From: an uncultured delta proteobacterium
GTDB lineage: Bacteria > Myxococcota_A > UBA9160 > SMWR01
Length of the DNA stretch: 64,000 nucleotides
Reading direction: 5' to 3'
Assembly (NCBI GenBank): GCA_963832165.1
Contig: CAWHTE010000011.1
Span: 736,001 to 800,000, forward strand
The translations under genes were made by a program, and so were the position numbers. Below are positions 30,627-42,333 of this stretch, one piece after another; the stretch's first letter is position 1; the number at the start of each line of letters is the position of its first letter. The notes below the pieces were generated by a model. That model was not told the DNA's origin, searched no databases, and saw nothing but the letters and a program-made list of their open reading frames with translations.

Positions 30627-32168
30627 ATGGACCGTTCGCCGCACGAGTCAATCCGTTCACCCCGGGCAGAGCACGCCTTTGGCGCCTGCGCGGCGCTGGC
30701 GCTGTTCGCGCTCGGCACCGTCCTGTACGCGCGCACGCTGCACTACCCGTTTCTGAACTGGGACGATCCCTACTACATCCTCGACAACCCGTGGATCCGA
30801 GGGCTCTCGCTGGAGCATCTCCGGGAGATCTTCACGCGTCCGGTGTTGGGCGGCATCCTACCCGTGCACCTGCTCTCGTACCTGCTCGATCACGCGCTCT
30901 GGGAGCTCGACCCGTTCGGCTACCACCTGCAGTCCGTGCTCCTGAACGCCATCAACGGCGCGTTGGCGTTCTGGGTGATCGCGCGGATCACGGACCGGCG
31001 CGACGTGGCGCTTGTCGCCGCGGCCCTGTTCACGGTCCATCCCTCGCACGTCGAGGCGGTCGCCTGGGTCTCCTCGCGCAAGGATCTCCTGTACACGGCG
31101 TTCCTGCTGCTCTCGACGCTCGCGTACGTGCGGGCGCGACGCGACGCGGTATTCCATCGGCGCGCCTACGCGGCTTCGATTGCGCTATTCGGCCTGGGCC
31201 TGCTCTCGAAGACCACGATCAGCGCTTATCCGCTGTTCTTTCTGCTGCTGGACGTGGCGCTCGACGCGCGCCTGCCCGCGGCGCAGCGGCGCAGGCTCGC
31301 CTTCCACCTCTTCACCAAGGTTCCGTACCTCGCGATGGCGGCGGTGTGGGTGTGGGTCAACGTCACCACGCAGATCGTCGACCCCTTGAGCGGGCACCCG
31401 CTGGCGTACGCGCTCGTGAAGGGCCAGGCCGCCTGGCGCTACGGCTGGCTTCTGCTGGGCCTCTTGCCCGGCCAGCCCGACTACGACCTGCCGCTGATCA
31501 GCTATCAGCCGGTCGTGGCCGCCATGACGCTCGCACCACTCGTCGTGACGCCCCTCTTGATCGGGTTCGCGCTCGTGCGCGGACACACGAGCGCAGCGCT
31601 CGCGCTGGGTTGGCTCGCCGTGGGCCTGCTGCCGCCGATCGCTTTTCCGTTGATCTCGTTCATCGCCGACCGCTATCTCTACGCTCCGTCGCTGGGCTTC
31701 TGTTGGCTGATCGCGATCGGTGTCGCGCGGATCGCGGGAGCCATGAAGTCGCCCGTGTGGCGGTCGGCGGTGCTCGCAGCCTTCACCGCGGTGCCAGCCC
31801 TCTGGTTCGCCCTGCACGCCTGGAACTACACCCCCACGTGGCGCGACAGCGTGACGATCTGGACCTACGCGGCGCAGCACAGCCGCTACGGAATCGCTCG
31901 GGTCGGCCTCATACGGACGCTTTACGATGAAGGGCGTCTCGACGAGGCGCTCAGCGTCGCGGATCAGGCGCTCGCAGCGGTCGATGACGAGAACAGCCTC
32001 GCGACGTCCCAGCTCGAGTCTCTGCTGCACTCCTCACGCGGATCGGTTCTCTGGCAGCTCGAGCGCAAGGACGACGCGATCGCAGCGTGGCAACGCGCGA
32101 TCGAGGTCGATCCCGCGAACGAGCCCGCGCGGGAGAGGCTCGAAAGCGCACGCGCCGGCCCATCCTGA
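30627..32168 (+). CDS. TMTC-like GT-C membrane glycosyltransferase with C-terminal TPR
   Basis: FLNWDDPYYI, HPSHVEAVAWVSSRKD, ADRYLYAP, WRDSVTIW, TPR tail. Confidence 0.85.
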   Translation: MDRSPHESIRSPRAEHAFGACAALALFALGTVLYARTLHYPFLNWDDPYYILDNPWIRGLSLEHLREIFTRPVLGGILPVHLLSYLLDHALWELDPFGYHLQSVLLNAINGALAFWVIARITDRRDVALVAAALFTVHPSHVEAVAWVSSRKDLLYTAFLLLSTLAYVRARRDAVFHRRAYAASIALFGLGLLSKTTISAYPLFFLLLDVALDARLPAAQRRRLAFHLFTKVPYLAMAAVWVWVNVTTQIVDPLSGHPLAYALVKGQAAWRYGWLLLGLLPGQPDYDLPLISYQPVVAAMTLAPLVVTPLLIGFALVRGHTSAALALGWLAVGLLPPIAFPLISFIADRYLYAPSLGFCWLIAIGVARIAGAMKSPVWRSAVLAAFTAVPALWFALHAWNYTPTWRDSVTIWTYAAQHSRYGIARVGLIRTLYDEGRLDEALSVADQALAAVDDENSLATSQLESLLHSSRGSVLWQLERKDDAIAAWQRAIEVDPANEPARERLESARAGPS

Positions 32169-32171
32169 GGT

Positions 32172-33404
32172 TCAGCGGAGCCCGGCGGGGTCCTCACGCG
32201 GCGGAACGTCGCGGAACTGAGCGAGCAGCAGCAGGTCGTAGACGATCTTGAGCGCGCCGCCGAGCACGAGCGGCCAGCCGAAGCTCGAGAAAGCGAGCAG
32301 CGCGCCCGAGAGCGAGGGCGAGAGCGAAGTGGCGAGGCTGCGCGGAACGTTCGTGACGCTGGCGGCCGCAGCGCGTTCCTCGGGCGGCACGATCGCCATC
32401 ACGTAGGACTGGCGAGCCGGCACGTCCATCTGCGAGAGCGCCATCCGCAGCAGGAGACACGTCACCGCGAGCGTTGCGTTGGGCATGAACGCCGCGAGCA
32501 CGAGGAACGCGTTCGCGGGCAGGTGGGTATAGACCATCGTGCGGATCAGCCCGATCCGCGCGGCGATCCGCGCGGATACGAGCTGCGATAGCCCCGCGAG
32601 CAGCGCGGAGAAGAAGAACACGTTGCCCGCGGCCTGGACCCCGAAGCCGAAGCGCTCGAACAGCCAGAGCGCGAGCATCGAGCGGATCGCGAACCCGCCG
32701 CCGAACGAGTCGAGCGCAAACAGCGCGGTCAGCTTCATCACGACCCCGCGCGAGCGGCGGAGCGGCGCGCGCGGAACCTCCGCGACCGCGGGGGCCGCGC
32801 GCGCGGGCAACCCGCGGTAGAGCCACGCGATGGGCAGCGCGGCGAGCCCGTAAAGCGCGAGCCCGACGCGAAATGCGCCCGCGCGCGAGATGCCGATCGC
32901 GTCCGCGAGCAGATCGGGTGCGCCCGCCGCGAGCGATCCGAGCCCGCCCGCGAGCGCGCCCGCGAGGTTGTAGCGCGCGAACAGTGCCACGCGATCGTTG
33001 CCCGCGATCGCATCCGCGAGCAGGGCCTGCTCCGTGGGCAGGAACACGGACACGTCGCCTTCGCTCGCGTTGAGCGTGCCCGTGAACGCGATCACCACGA
33101 GCAGCCAGAACGCGGTGGCGCTCGCGAGACCGACGCCGGTCGCGAGCATGAGCGCGCACGCGCCGAACAGCACCGCGCGCTCGCGCAGCCGCTGGCCCGC
33201 GAGTCCCACCGCGAGCGTGAGCAGCGCAGAGCCGAGCAGCGTCGCCGTCACGAGCGCGCCGATCTCGAGTGGCGAGAAGCCGAGGTCCGCGAGATACGCG
33301 ACCAGAACGAGCGACGCGAAGCCGTCCGCGGCTCCGCGCACCGCGCGCGCGAGCACGAGCCGCTCCGCCCCGGGCGCGGCGCCGCGAGGCACGAGCCACG
33401 TCAC
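32172..33404 (-). CDS. MFS transporter
   Basis: Multiple TM helices; ALDSFGGGF, SQMDVPARQSYVMA. Confidence 0.9.
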   Translation of the reverse strand: MTWLVPRGAAPGAERLVLARAVRGAADGFASLVLVAYLADLGFSPLEIGALVTATLLGSALLTLAVGLAGQRLRERAVLFGACALMLATGVGLASATAFWLLVVIAFTGTLNASEGDVSVFLPTEQALLADAIAGNDRVALFARYNLAGALAGGLGSLAAGAPDLLADAIGISRAGAFRVGLALYGLAALPIAWLYRGLPARAAPAVAEVPRAPLRRSRGVVMKLTALFALDSFGGGFAIRSMLALWLFERFGFGVQAAGNVFFFSALLAGLSQLVSARIAARIGLIRTMVYTHLPANAFLVLAAFMPNATLAVTCLLLRMALSQMDVPARQSYVMAIVPPEERAAAASVTNVPRSLATSLSPSLSGALLAFSSFGWPLVLGGALKIVYDLLLLAQFRDVPPREDPAGLR

Positions 33405-33432
33405 GTCGGATGCGGCTCGCGCAGCGCTCGGA

Positions 33433-35130
<1,698 letters not shown>

Positions 35131-35400
35131 CGCGAGTCCTCCGCGCGCGGATGGTACCCGCTCGCGGCGGCGCGCGTACACCCCGTCCGGGGCGTATCAC
35201 ATACCGGCAACTATTGAGGAAAATCCATGGTAGGAACTGGCGCGAACGCGATCGTGATCTCGATCACGGGGCGCTCAAGCCGGCTCGCTCTGGCTCCGAT
35301 ACTTGCTTTCGGAGCAAAAAATCCCGGTGCCCGTACTGTCCCTCGTCTCGGCTGCGATTCTGGGATCGCGGCTCGACAGCCCGCGTGTTCGGAGACCGGC

Positions 35401-36771
35401 GTGACGGCGCGCGTTCTCGTGGTCGACGATTCGGCGGGGAGCATGGCCTTGCTACAGGCCCAGCTCAGGTCGGAATATCTGGAAGTGGTCCCCGCCCGCG
35501 ACGGCGCCGAGGCTCTGGTCCAGGTCGCTCAGTGTCAACCGGATCTCGTGCTGCTCGACGCGATCATGCCGGGGATGAGCGGGTTCGATGTCTGCCGCCG
35601 GCTCAGAGCGGATCCGGCCACGACGCATCTGCCCGTGGTGATGGTGAGCGCGCTCGACCAGCCCGACGATCGCATGGCTGCGTTCCAGGCAGGCGCCGAC
35701 GATTTCCTGACGAAGCCGATCCATATGCTCACGCTGATGGCGCACGTGCGCCGACTCGTCCAGTCCAAGATGGTCATCGACGAGCTGCGGATTCGTGGGT
35801 ACGAGGACCCCGATGCGAGCCGCGGATCGGGAAACGACCTCACGTTCCCGAACGTCGATGTGACGAGCGGACAGGTGCTCCTGGTCATGCCAGACCGGGA
35901 CGTCATCCGCGAGGTCCGACTCGCTTTGAGCCCCACGTATCAGGTGCACGTCGATCGCGACGCCGAAGACGCGCTGCTCGTGCTCAAGCGTGCCGAGCTC
36001 GATTTGATCATTCTCGATCTCTCGAACGCGGGCACCGAAGGTCTGCGCTTGTGCTCGCGGTTGCGAAGCATGGAAGAGACGCGGGACACACCGGTGCTGG
36101 CGTTGCTGCACGATCACCAGACGGTGGCTCGGGTGCGGACCCTCGAGATCGGCGTGGACGGGGTCGTCACGCTGCCGATCCATCCTGGCGAGTTGCTGGC
36201 TTGTGTCGCTTCGCGGCTGCGCCGCAAGCGGTTCTCCGATCAGCTGCGCAACAGCCTGCGGCAATCGCTCGAGCGACTGGTCAAGGATCCGCTCACGAGC
36301 ATGCACAATCGGCGGTACCTGGAACAACACCTCGGGCCGCTCGTCGCCCAGAACGGCGAGAGGGGACGGCCGGTATCCCTTTTGATCTTGGACGTCGACC
36401 ACTTCAAGGCGGTCAATGACACGTACGGGCACGACGTCGGCGACGAGGTGCTGCGCGAGGTCGCGCATCGCATCAGTTCCGGTCTGCGCGGCTTAGACCT
36501 CGCTTGTCGCTTCGGCGGAGAGGAGTTCGTGGCGGCGTTCTCGGGGGCCGATGCTGAGGCCGCGCTGCAAATCAGCGAGCGCTTGCGACGCAAGATCGCC
36601 GATCAACCCTTCTCGGTCAGGACCGACAAGGGTCCGCTCGCAGTCACGATCTCGATCGGCGTCGCGACCTCCGTTGCCGGAGACACCGCCCAGACACTGC
36701 TCAAGCGCGCCGATCTGGCGCTCTACCGCGCCAAGAAAGAGGGCCGCAACCGCGTCGTCGCAAGCCCCTAG
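35401..36771 (+). CDS. pleD: PleD-type diguanylate cyclase (REC-REC-GGDEF)
   Basis: ARVLVVDD, DLVLLDAIMPGMSG, DPLT, DVDHFKAVNDTYGH, RGLD I-site, RFGGEEF. Confidence 0.9.
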   Translation: MTARVLVVDDSAGSMALLQAQLRSEYLEVVPARDGAEALVQVAQCQPDLVLLDAIMPGMSGFDVCRRLRADPATTHLPVVMVSALDQPDDRMAAFQAGADDFLTKPIHMLTLMAHVRRLVQSKMVIDELRIRGYEDPDASRGSGNDLTFPNVDVTSGQVLLVMPDRDVIREVRLALSPTYQVHVDRDAEDALLVLKRAELDLIILDLSNAGTEGLRLCSRLRSMEETRDTPVLALLHDHQTVARVRTLEIGVDGVVTLPIHPGELLACVASRLRRKRFSDQLRNSLRQSLERLVKDPLTSMHNRRYLEQHLGPLVAQNGERGRPVSLLILDVDHFKAVNDTYGHDVGDEVLREVAHRISSGLRGLDLACRFGGEEFVAAFSGADAEAALQISERLRRKIADQPFSVRTDKGPLAVTISIGVATSVAGDTAQTLLKRADLALYRAKKEGRNRVVASP

Positions 36772-36859
36772 GCGCAGCACGCCGGCAACTTCACGGCCCG
36801 TTCTTCGACAGCATACGGTACAGATGATCGCGGGCGGCGGGCCGCCATCGATCAGATGT

Positions 36860-37403
36860 AAGCACGCGCGCGTGTACGCCGCGCAGGTGGTGCCAGGCGC
36901 ACAGCGTGGTGAGATTGGAACAGTCGTCTGCACCGCCCGCGGAGCGGAACAACACGTGGTGCTGCTGCAGGTTGCGGTACGACGTGCAGCCGGGCACCGT
37001 GCAGCGCCAGCCGTCGCGCTCGAACACGGCGTGGTCCTTGGGAGTGCGCTTCTCGGGCCCCCACGACGCGAGCGCGTGGTCGATCATCGCCTCGAGCGCG
37101 TCGCTCGCGCGGCACGGACGGCCGCGGATGCGCTCGAGCCGGCGCTGCGCCGTCGCGAGCACGGCGCGGAACAGCTGCGCCACCTCGGGAACCGCGCTGA
37201 AGAAGAGGCGTTCACTCTCTTTCTCCAACCGTGTGATGGCACCCGTTTGGAGACCCGCGGGGTCGGGGCTCGCATCGCTCGCCTCGCCGTGCGGTGCGAG
37301 CGGCGGCGGTGCGAAGACGCCTGTCGCGAGCGCGCGCTCCACGTCGTCGCCGAGCCGGCGCACGGAGAGGCGCTGCGCGTGCGCCACCCAGCCTTCGCGA
37401 TGG
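36860..37403 (-). pseudogene. HNH endonuclease C-terminal fragment (DUF222-HNH-like)
   Basis: VFERDGWRCTVPGC..NLQQHHVLFRSAGG..SNLTTLCAWHH; no credible start. Confidence 0.75.
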
Positions 37404-37575
37404 CGAGCCGCCGCTGACACGCTGCGCCAGCGCGTGCTCGACCACTTCGCGCGACACGACGAGCTCGACACGTCCGCCTACAAGGCGCTGATTGGTACCT
37501 CGCGGCGCACTGCGGAGCCGCTGATGGAGCTGTTCGATGCCGAACGGCTCACCGTGCGACGCGGCGAAGTCGCCG
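37404..37575 (+). pseudogene. Fragment resembling the SelB C-terminal winged helix
   Basis: TLRQRVLDHFARHDELDTSAYKALIGTSRRTAEPLMELFDAERLTVRRGE. Confidence 0.6.
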
Positions 37576-37614
37576 GCTGCGCAGTACCGGAAGCGCGGAT
37601 CGGGTGCCGGGCGC

Positions 37615-38417
37615 CTAACGCTGCCGGCGTCTCGCAGCGGCGATCCCCACGAGCCCGAGCGCAATGAGCCCCGCGGTCGTCGGCTCGGGCACGAACGTCA
37701 CCTCGATCTCGAAGGTCTTCTTGTGGATGTTGTTATTGCCGCCGTCGAACGAGAAGGCCTCGAGCGAGTTGTCGAACTGGAAGATCTCGATGGCAGTCGC
37801 GTGCGTGGTCAGCGCACCAACATTCGCGATGAGCTCCGCCGTTCCAGATGGCGTCGGGGTCGGGGTCTACCCAGTGTCCGTTCCCGGCAGTCCCAAGCGG
37901 AGTGAAGCCCATGCTGACGGACTGAGACGGAATCGAGAGATTCGTGATGAAATCGAGCGCGGTGACCCGGTAGAAGAGATTGCCGATCACCTGCGCCGAA
38001 CCGTCCAGCGACAGGTTGTAATCACCCGACTCGCGGATGGTGATCGAACCGATCCGCGCATTGGGATTGGTGGCTTGCGGGATCACGATGTCCAACAGGA
38101 GTCTCGTGTCGACGAGGTCTCCCGAGGCGCTGGTCGTCTCGGCAAAGAACGACGGATCGACGTCGAAGACCAACGTAGTTCCGGCGAGGAAGATGTTGTT
38201 GGGATCGCCGCCGTTCACGAGCAGCGGCGGATCCGGATTCGTCGCTGATTCCTGGATGTTGTTGTACTGGATCAGCGTGTTCTGCTTGTCGCCATAGTTC
38301 ACTACCAACGCGGATGCAGAGGTCGCGAAAGCAACGACCAGGCCAAACGCAACGGCGAACGATCCGACGGACGGCGCCAACCTAGCGGCTATCCCGCCAC
38401 GGATCGGAAATCCCATG
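37615..38417 (-). CDS. Second PEP-CTERM protein, in frame with the upstream ice-binding gene; frameshift near 37832
   Basis: Signal-like [17 protein letters not shown]; after the frameshift [14 protein letters not shown]...[25 protein letters not shown] then TAG 37615-37617. Confidence 0.75.
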
Positions 38418-39268
38418 CTGTGCCGTTTCGCTCGCCGCGCCCAGAGAGCGAGGCCGATCAAGCCGGTCGCAAGGAGCAAGCCCGCCGAGGGCTCGGGCAC
38501 GCCACTGAAGCCGCCGCTACCAAAATCAGTGCGGCCGCTGCCGAGGTCACCGCCGCCGGTGCAATCATTGGAGATGGTGTTCGTATCCATCGTCACTGCG
38601 CCATTGAGCGCGATGGCCCTTCCGCACAGAATCCTCACACCGCTAGTCAACGTAATGCTCTGGTCCGCGAGGATATTGCCTGCGAACGTCGTCAACGTAC
38701 CGAGAGTTGCGGAACTGCCGACCGCAAAATAGACGCCAGTGTTGGCGCCACCATTGATGACGTTCACGCTCGAGCCGCTGGCGGTCGTCAGGGTGCTCCC
38801 GATCTGGACAATGAACAACGCATTGGGATCACCTTGAGCGTCGAGGGTGAGGATCCCCGTCAGCTGAGCCGATGTATCAAAGTTATAGACGCCCGCAAAC
38901 AACGTTAGGCCGCCGAGATCTTGGCCCGTCAGATCGCTTGTGAACGGCTCGGCCTGCAGCGAAGTAAACGCTGTGCTTGCGTCGAGCTGCGCCTGCTGCG
39001 CTACCGCATCAGTTTGGTGCACGGTTCCGGTCAGCGTGATGCTGCCTAGACCCGTGATCGAGGTGCCGGGGTAGACACCCAGGTCGCCATTGATGGTGGT
39101 GGCGCCCGTGTTCGTCACGGTCGAAGCGCCCAGGACCGCAAAGCTCTCCGCCGTGCCCAGGGGAAAGGGCGTGGCCCAACCAGGGGCGGCATATAGAAGC
39201 GCGCCGAATACGAGGATCGCGAGCAGGGACGAGAACTGGAGCCTATGGAGATGGGGGGACATGGTCAA
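38418..39268 (-). CDS. Ice-binding family (DUF3494) protein with PEP-CTERM anchor
   Basis: Signal peptide; [93 protein letters not shown]. Confidence 0.9.
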
Positions 39269-39636
39269 CCTCAGGGTGATCTGGTTGGTCTCGCACTAAC
39301 GGGAAAAGCTTCACAATCGACTCGAGTCGTTCGTGGCCTGTTAAGCGGAACTAGCCCGCCTAGCATCCGATCGAAATCGATCAACCCGGTCGAGGCGCGG
39401 CCCAAAAGCTGATTGCAGCCAACCCACGGGCCTCGCGCCCCGACTGGTTCCACCGGCATCCGCCGATACAGGCCGGTGAATTCAACCGCGCGGAGAAACA
39501 AAGTGGCTTGCGCGTTCGAGGCGGTGTTGCCGAAAAGAGCGGGGCCAACCGTCGAGCAGTCTTCGCACTCGGCCAGGTGTTTGGCTAGTAGAGCCTGCGC
39601 GGGAGACGCCCGGTCTCGGGGAAGGTCCACCAGCAA

Positions 39637-39674
39637 TATGCACGGGTGCATGTAGTTAGTATGCACTGGTGCAT
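39637..39674. promoter_or_regulatory. Two tandem palindromic operator-like sites
   Basis: ATGCACGGGTGCAT (39638-39651) and ATGCACTGGTGCAT (39661-39674). Confidence 0.7.
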
Positions 39675-39741
39675 GAAAGTGGCCAAGCTAAATAAAGTTA
39701 GATGCACGAATGAACCGCCTGCGTGGTATCCGTTGCGTGGT

Positions 39742-40104
39742 TCAGCGCCGTCGCCGTTTGCGCGGCGGAGGAGCTTTCTTGGGCGGCCCAGGAAGCGGCC
39801 CGCACGGAACCGCGGCGTCGATGGCGTCCTCGAGCTCACCTTCTGTAGTGAAACCGAAGGCCCTCATCAGGCCTTCCCTTAGCTCGTGGCTCTCCCGGTA
39901 TTCCGGTAACGGTCGTACCCGGTCGTTTGTCGATCTAATGTTGCGCTTGCCATACAGGATTCGGTGGATCGTCGATTGATGGACACCGATTCTGCGCGCG
40001 ATCTCGGTCGTGTTAGGAAGCTCGAACGGGCCCTTGCGGAGCGTGCTCCGCTCCTCAAGCTGATTCCTTAGGAATCCCCGGAGCTTGGATAGCCGATCTG
40101 CCAT
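39742..40104 (-). CDS. XRE/Cro-like helix-turn-helix protein
   Basis: NTTEIARRIGVHQSTIHRILYGKRN; GAGGA upstream; basic Pro-rich tail. Confidence 0.75.
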   Translation of the reverse strand: MADRLSKLRGFLRNQLEERSTLRKGPFELPNTTEIARRIGVHQSTIHRILYGKRNIRSTNDRVRPLPEYRESHELREGLMRAFGFTTEGELEDAIDAAVPCGPLPGPPKKAPPPRKRRRR

Positions 40105-40207
40105 AGGCCCGAGGATAGAGTATTCCGACGCGGCGGAGAAATGGCTCCCCAGGGGCTGATCGCCGGTCCCTAAAACCGGTGTTAGATCGACTTCTGGCGA
40201 GAAGAAT

Positions 40208-40222
40208 TATGCACTAGTGCAA
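40208..40222. promoter_or_regulatory. Third copy of the operator-like palindrome, upstream of the HTH gene
   Basis: TATGCACTAGTGCAA, about 105 bp upstream of start 40104. Confidence 0.7.
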
Positions 40223-41147
40223 GGGTGTCGCGCTGCTTAGCGGATGCGAGAAACGATGCGCAGCTGTGTCATGTTAGGCATGCGAACCACTGCTTCTGAC
40301 ACAGAGTCAAAAACAGCCGACGAGAGCTTCACTTCTGCGCCCCTGCCGTGGATTCTCGGTACGCACACGCAGGCCGTATTGTCGGCACACACATTGCAGG
40401 CGGTAAGACTAATCGCGTATCGGTGTCAGTGCGCGTACCACGGATTGTAAGACTGACGCGTGCAAGCGTGCTTGCTTAGTCGTAAGAATGACATCGCGCA
40501 TCAGTGTCTCGATTTATTTGTGACGGTCGTCGCCGCCGGATCAGCTGCAGGGTGCCCGTGTCCCACGCGCGTCGGCGTCGGTATGGGCTATGCGCATGCT
40601 TCACGCCCAGTGGGCTGTCGCGCTGCCGGTCGCCGAGAGCGTCGCGTCGTTGGCGAGCGTGACCCTCTCCGAAGAGCGCGCGCTCGCGCGCAGTATCGCT
40701 TCTCACCCGCGTGCCGAAGGCGTCCTGCTAGGCCGCCCGCAATCGGCGGTCCATTGTCGTATTAGTTCAGTTCGTGGGCGTGCGTGCCGAATTCGCGGGA
40801 TCGCCGCAACAGAGATATTCCATGCCCCGAACGGCCCTGGCGACTTTCGAGTTCCCGCGGGTCGCCCGGAGAGAGGTCTCCGGGGGGAGCGTTCCGGCCG
40901 CGGGCCGCGATCACGCCGCCTGATCGATCCTGGCGCGTCCCCACAGGTTGGTATCGAGCTGATCGCTTCGCTGCGCGCGCTCCGGCGGGGAAGAGCAGGG
41001 CTTCGCGCGGAGAGACCCCGCCAACCCCTCGATTTTCTTGAGATCGCTGTCGAGGCCGAACAGAGCGGTTCGCACCGTCCGCGTGTGGGCGATCGCTCCC
41101 GCGGGCGGTTGCGTAGTAGAGTGGAGCTCTCGACGGGAGGAGCAGCC

Positions 41148-42293
41148 ATGCACGTCGGAATGGGCGTCATCTTCCAGGGCCAGGGCGAGGGCCGCACCGA
41201 CCGCAATGTCTACCGCAACGAGCTGCGGCTCGGAGATCTCGCGGAGCCGCTCGGCTACGAATCGCTGTGGGGCGTCGAGCACCACTTCACCGACTACACG
41301 ATGTGCCCCGACGTGCTGCAGTACCTCACGTACTTCGCCGGGCGCACTCAGCGCATCCAGCTCGGCTCGATGGTAGTGGTGCTGCCGTGGCACGACCCGC
41401 TGCGCGTGGCCGAACAGGTGATCGCGCTCGATCACTTCTCCAACGGACGGTACATCCTCGGGATCGGGCGCGGGCTCGGGCGCGTCGAGTTCGAGGGCTT
41501 TGGCGTCGCGCAGGAAGACAGCCGCGCAATCTTCGTCGAGTCGGCGCAGATGCTGCTCGAAGGGCTCGAGAAGGGCTACGTCGAGTACGACGGCAAGTAC
41601 GTGAAGCAGGTGCGGCGCGAGCTCCGTCCGCGGCCGTTCAAGTCGTTCCGCGGCCGCACCTATGCCGCGGCGGTCTCGCCCGAGTCTTCGGAGATCATGG
41701 CGCGGCTCGGCATCGGCATCCTGATCATCCCGCAGAAGCCCTGGGACATGGTGGTGAAGGAGCTCGACGACTACCGCACCGTGTTCAGCGCCGTGAACGG
41801 CGTCGACGCTCCGCCTCCGATCGTGGCCGGTTGGACGCTCTGCGATACGAACGCAGAGCGCGCCGAGGAGAACGCGCGGCGCTACATCGGCGAGTACTAC
41901 CAGTCGGTCGTCCGGCACTACGAGCTGATCGGCGACCATCTCACCAAGATGCGCGGCTACGAAGCCTACAAGGCGACACAGGAGCGGATCAGCCAGCCCG
42001 GCGGCATCGAAGAGTCGATCGACTTCTTCCTGGGTCTCCAGACCTGGGGCACGCCCGAGCAGTGCTACGAGAAGATCAGCGACCGGATCGAGCGCACGGG
42101 CGGCGAGACGTTCGTGGCCGTGTTCAGCTACGGCGGCATGCCCTACGAGATCGCGGAGGAGAGCCAGCGCCTGTTCGCGAGCGAGGTGATGCCGGAGCTC
42201 AAGCGGCGCATGCCGCGTGAAGACCAGCTGCTCGATCGCGCGCGTGCGGGCGAAGCGGCGAGAGGTGACGCGTTCCGCCTGCCGCCGAGCTGA
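41148..42293 (+). CDS. LLM class flavin-dependent oxidoreductase
   Basis: LGYESLWGVEHHF, WHDPLRVAEQ, LGIGRG; GGAGG RBS. Confidence 0.93.
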   Translation: MHVGMGVIFQGQGEGRTDRNVYRNELRLGDLAEPLGYESLWGVEHHFTDYTMCPDVLQYLTYFAGRTQRIQLGSMVVVLPWHDPLRVAEQVIALDHFSNGRYILGIGRGLGRVEFEGFGVAQEDSRAIFVESAQMLLEGLEKGYVEYDGKYVKQVRRELRPRPFKSFRGRTYAAAVSPESSEIMARLGIGILIIPQKPWDMVVKELDDYRTVFSAVNGVDAPPPIVAGWTLCDTNAERAEENARRYIGEYYQSVVRHYELIGDHLTKMRGYEAYKATQERISQPGGIEESIDFFLGLQTWGTPEQCYEKISDRIERTGGETFVAVFSYGGMPYEIAEESQRLFASEVMPELKRRMPREDQLLDRARAGEAARGDAFRLPPS

Positions 42294-42299
42294 TCCTCT

Positions 42300-42329
42300 T
42301 CCGCACCGCGGCAGCTGAAGCGGTGCGGA
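42300..42329. terminator. GC-rich hairpin between convergent genes
   Basis: TCCGCACCGC-N10-GCGGTGCGGA. Confidence 0.5.
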
Positions 42330-42333
42330 GCGC

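Noticed and set aside
37404..37575. Functional selenocysteine machinery
   Set aside because: Only ~55 codons of a SelB-like tail; no selA, selC or selD, and no evident Sec-TGA gene in the window
39271..39666. 131-aa ORF with CEDC
   Set aside because: Starts within the operator palindromes and lacks an RBS, host-like codon usage and a recognisable family
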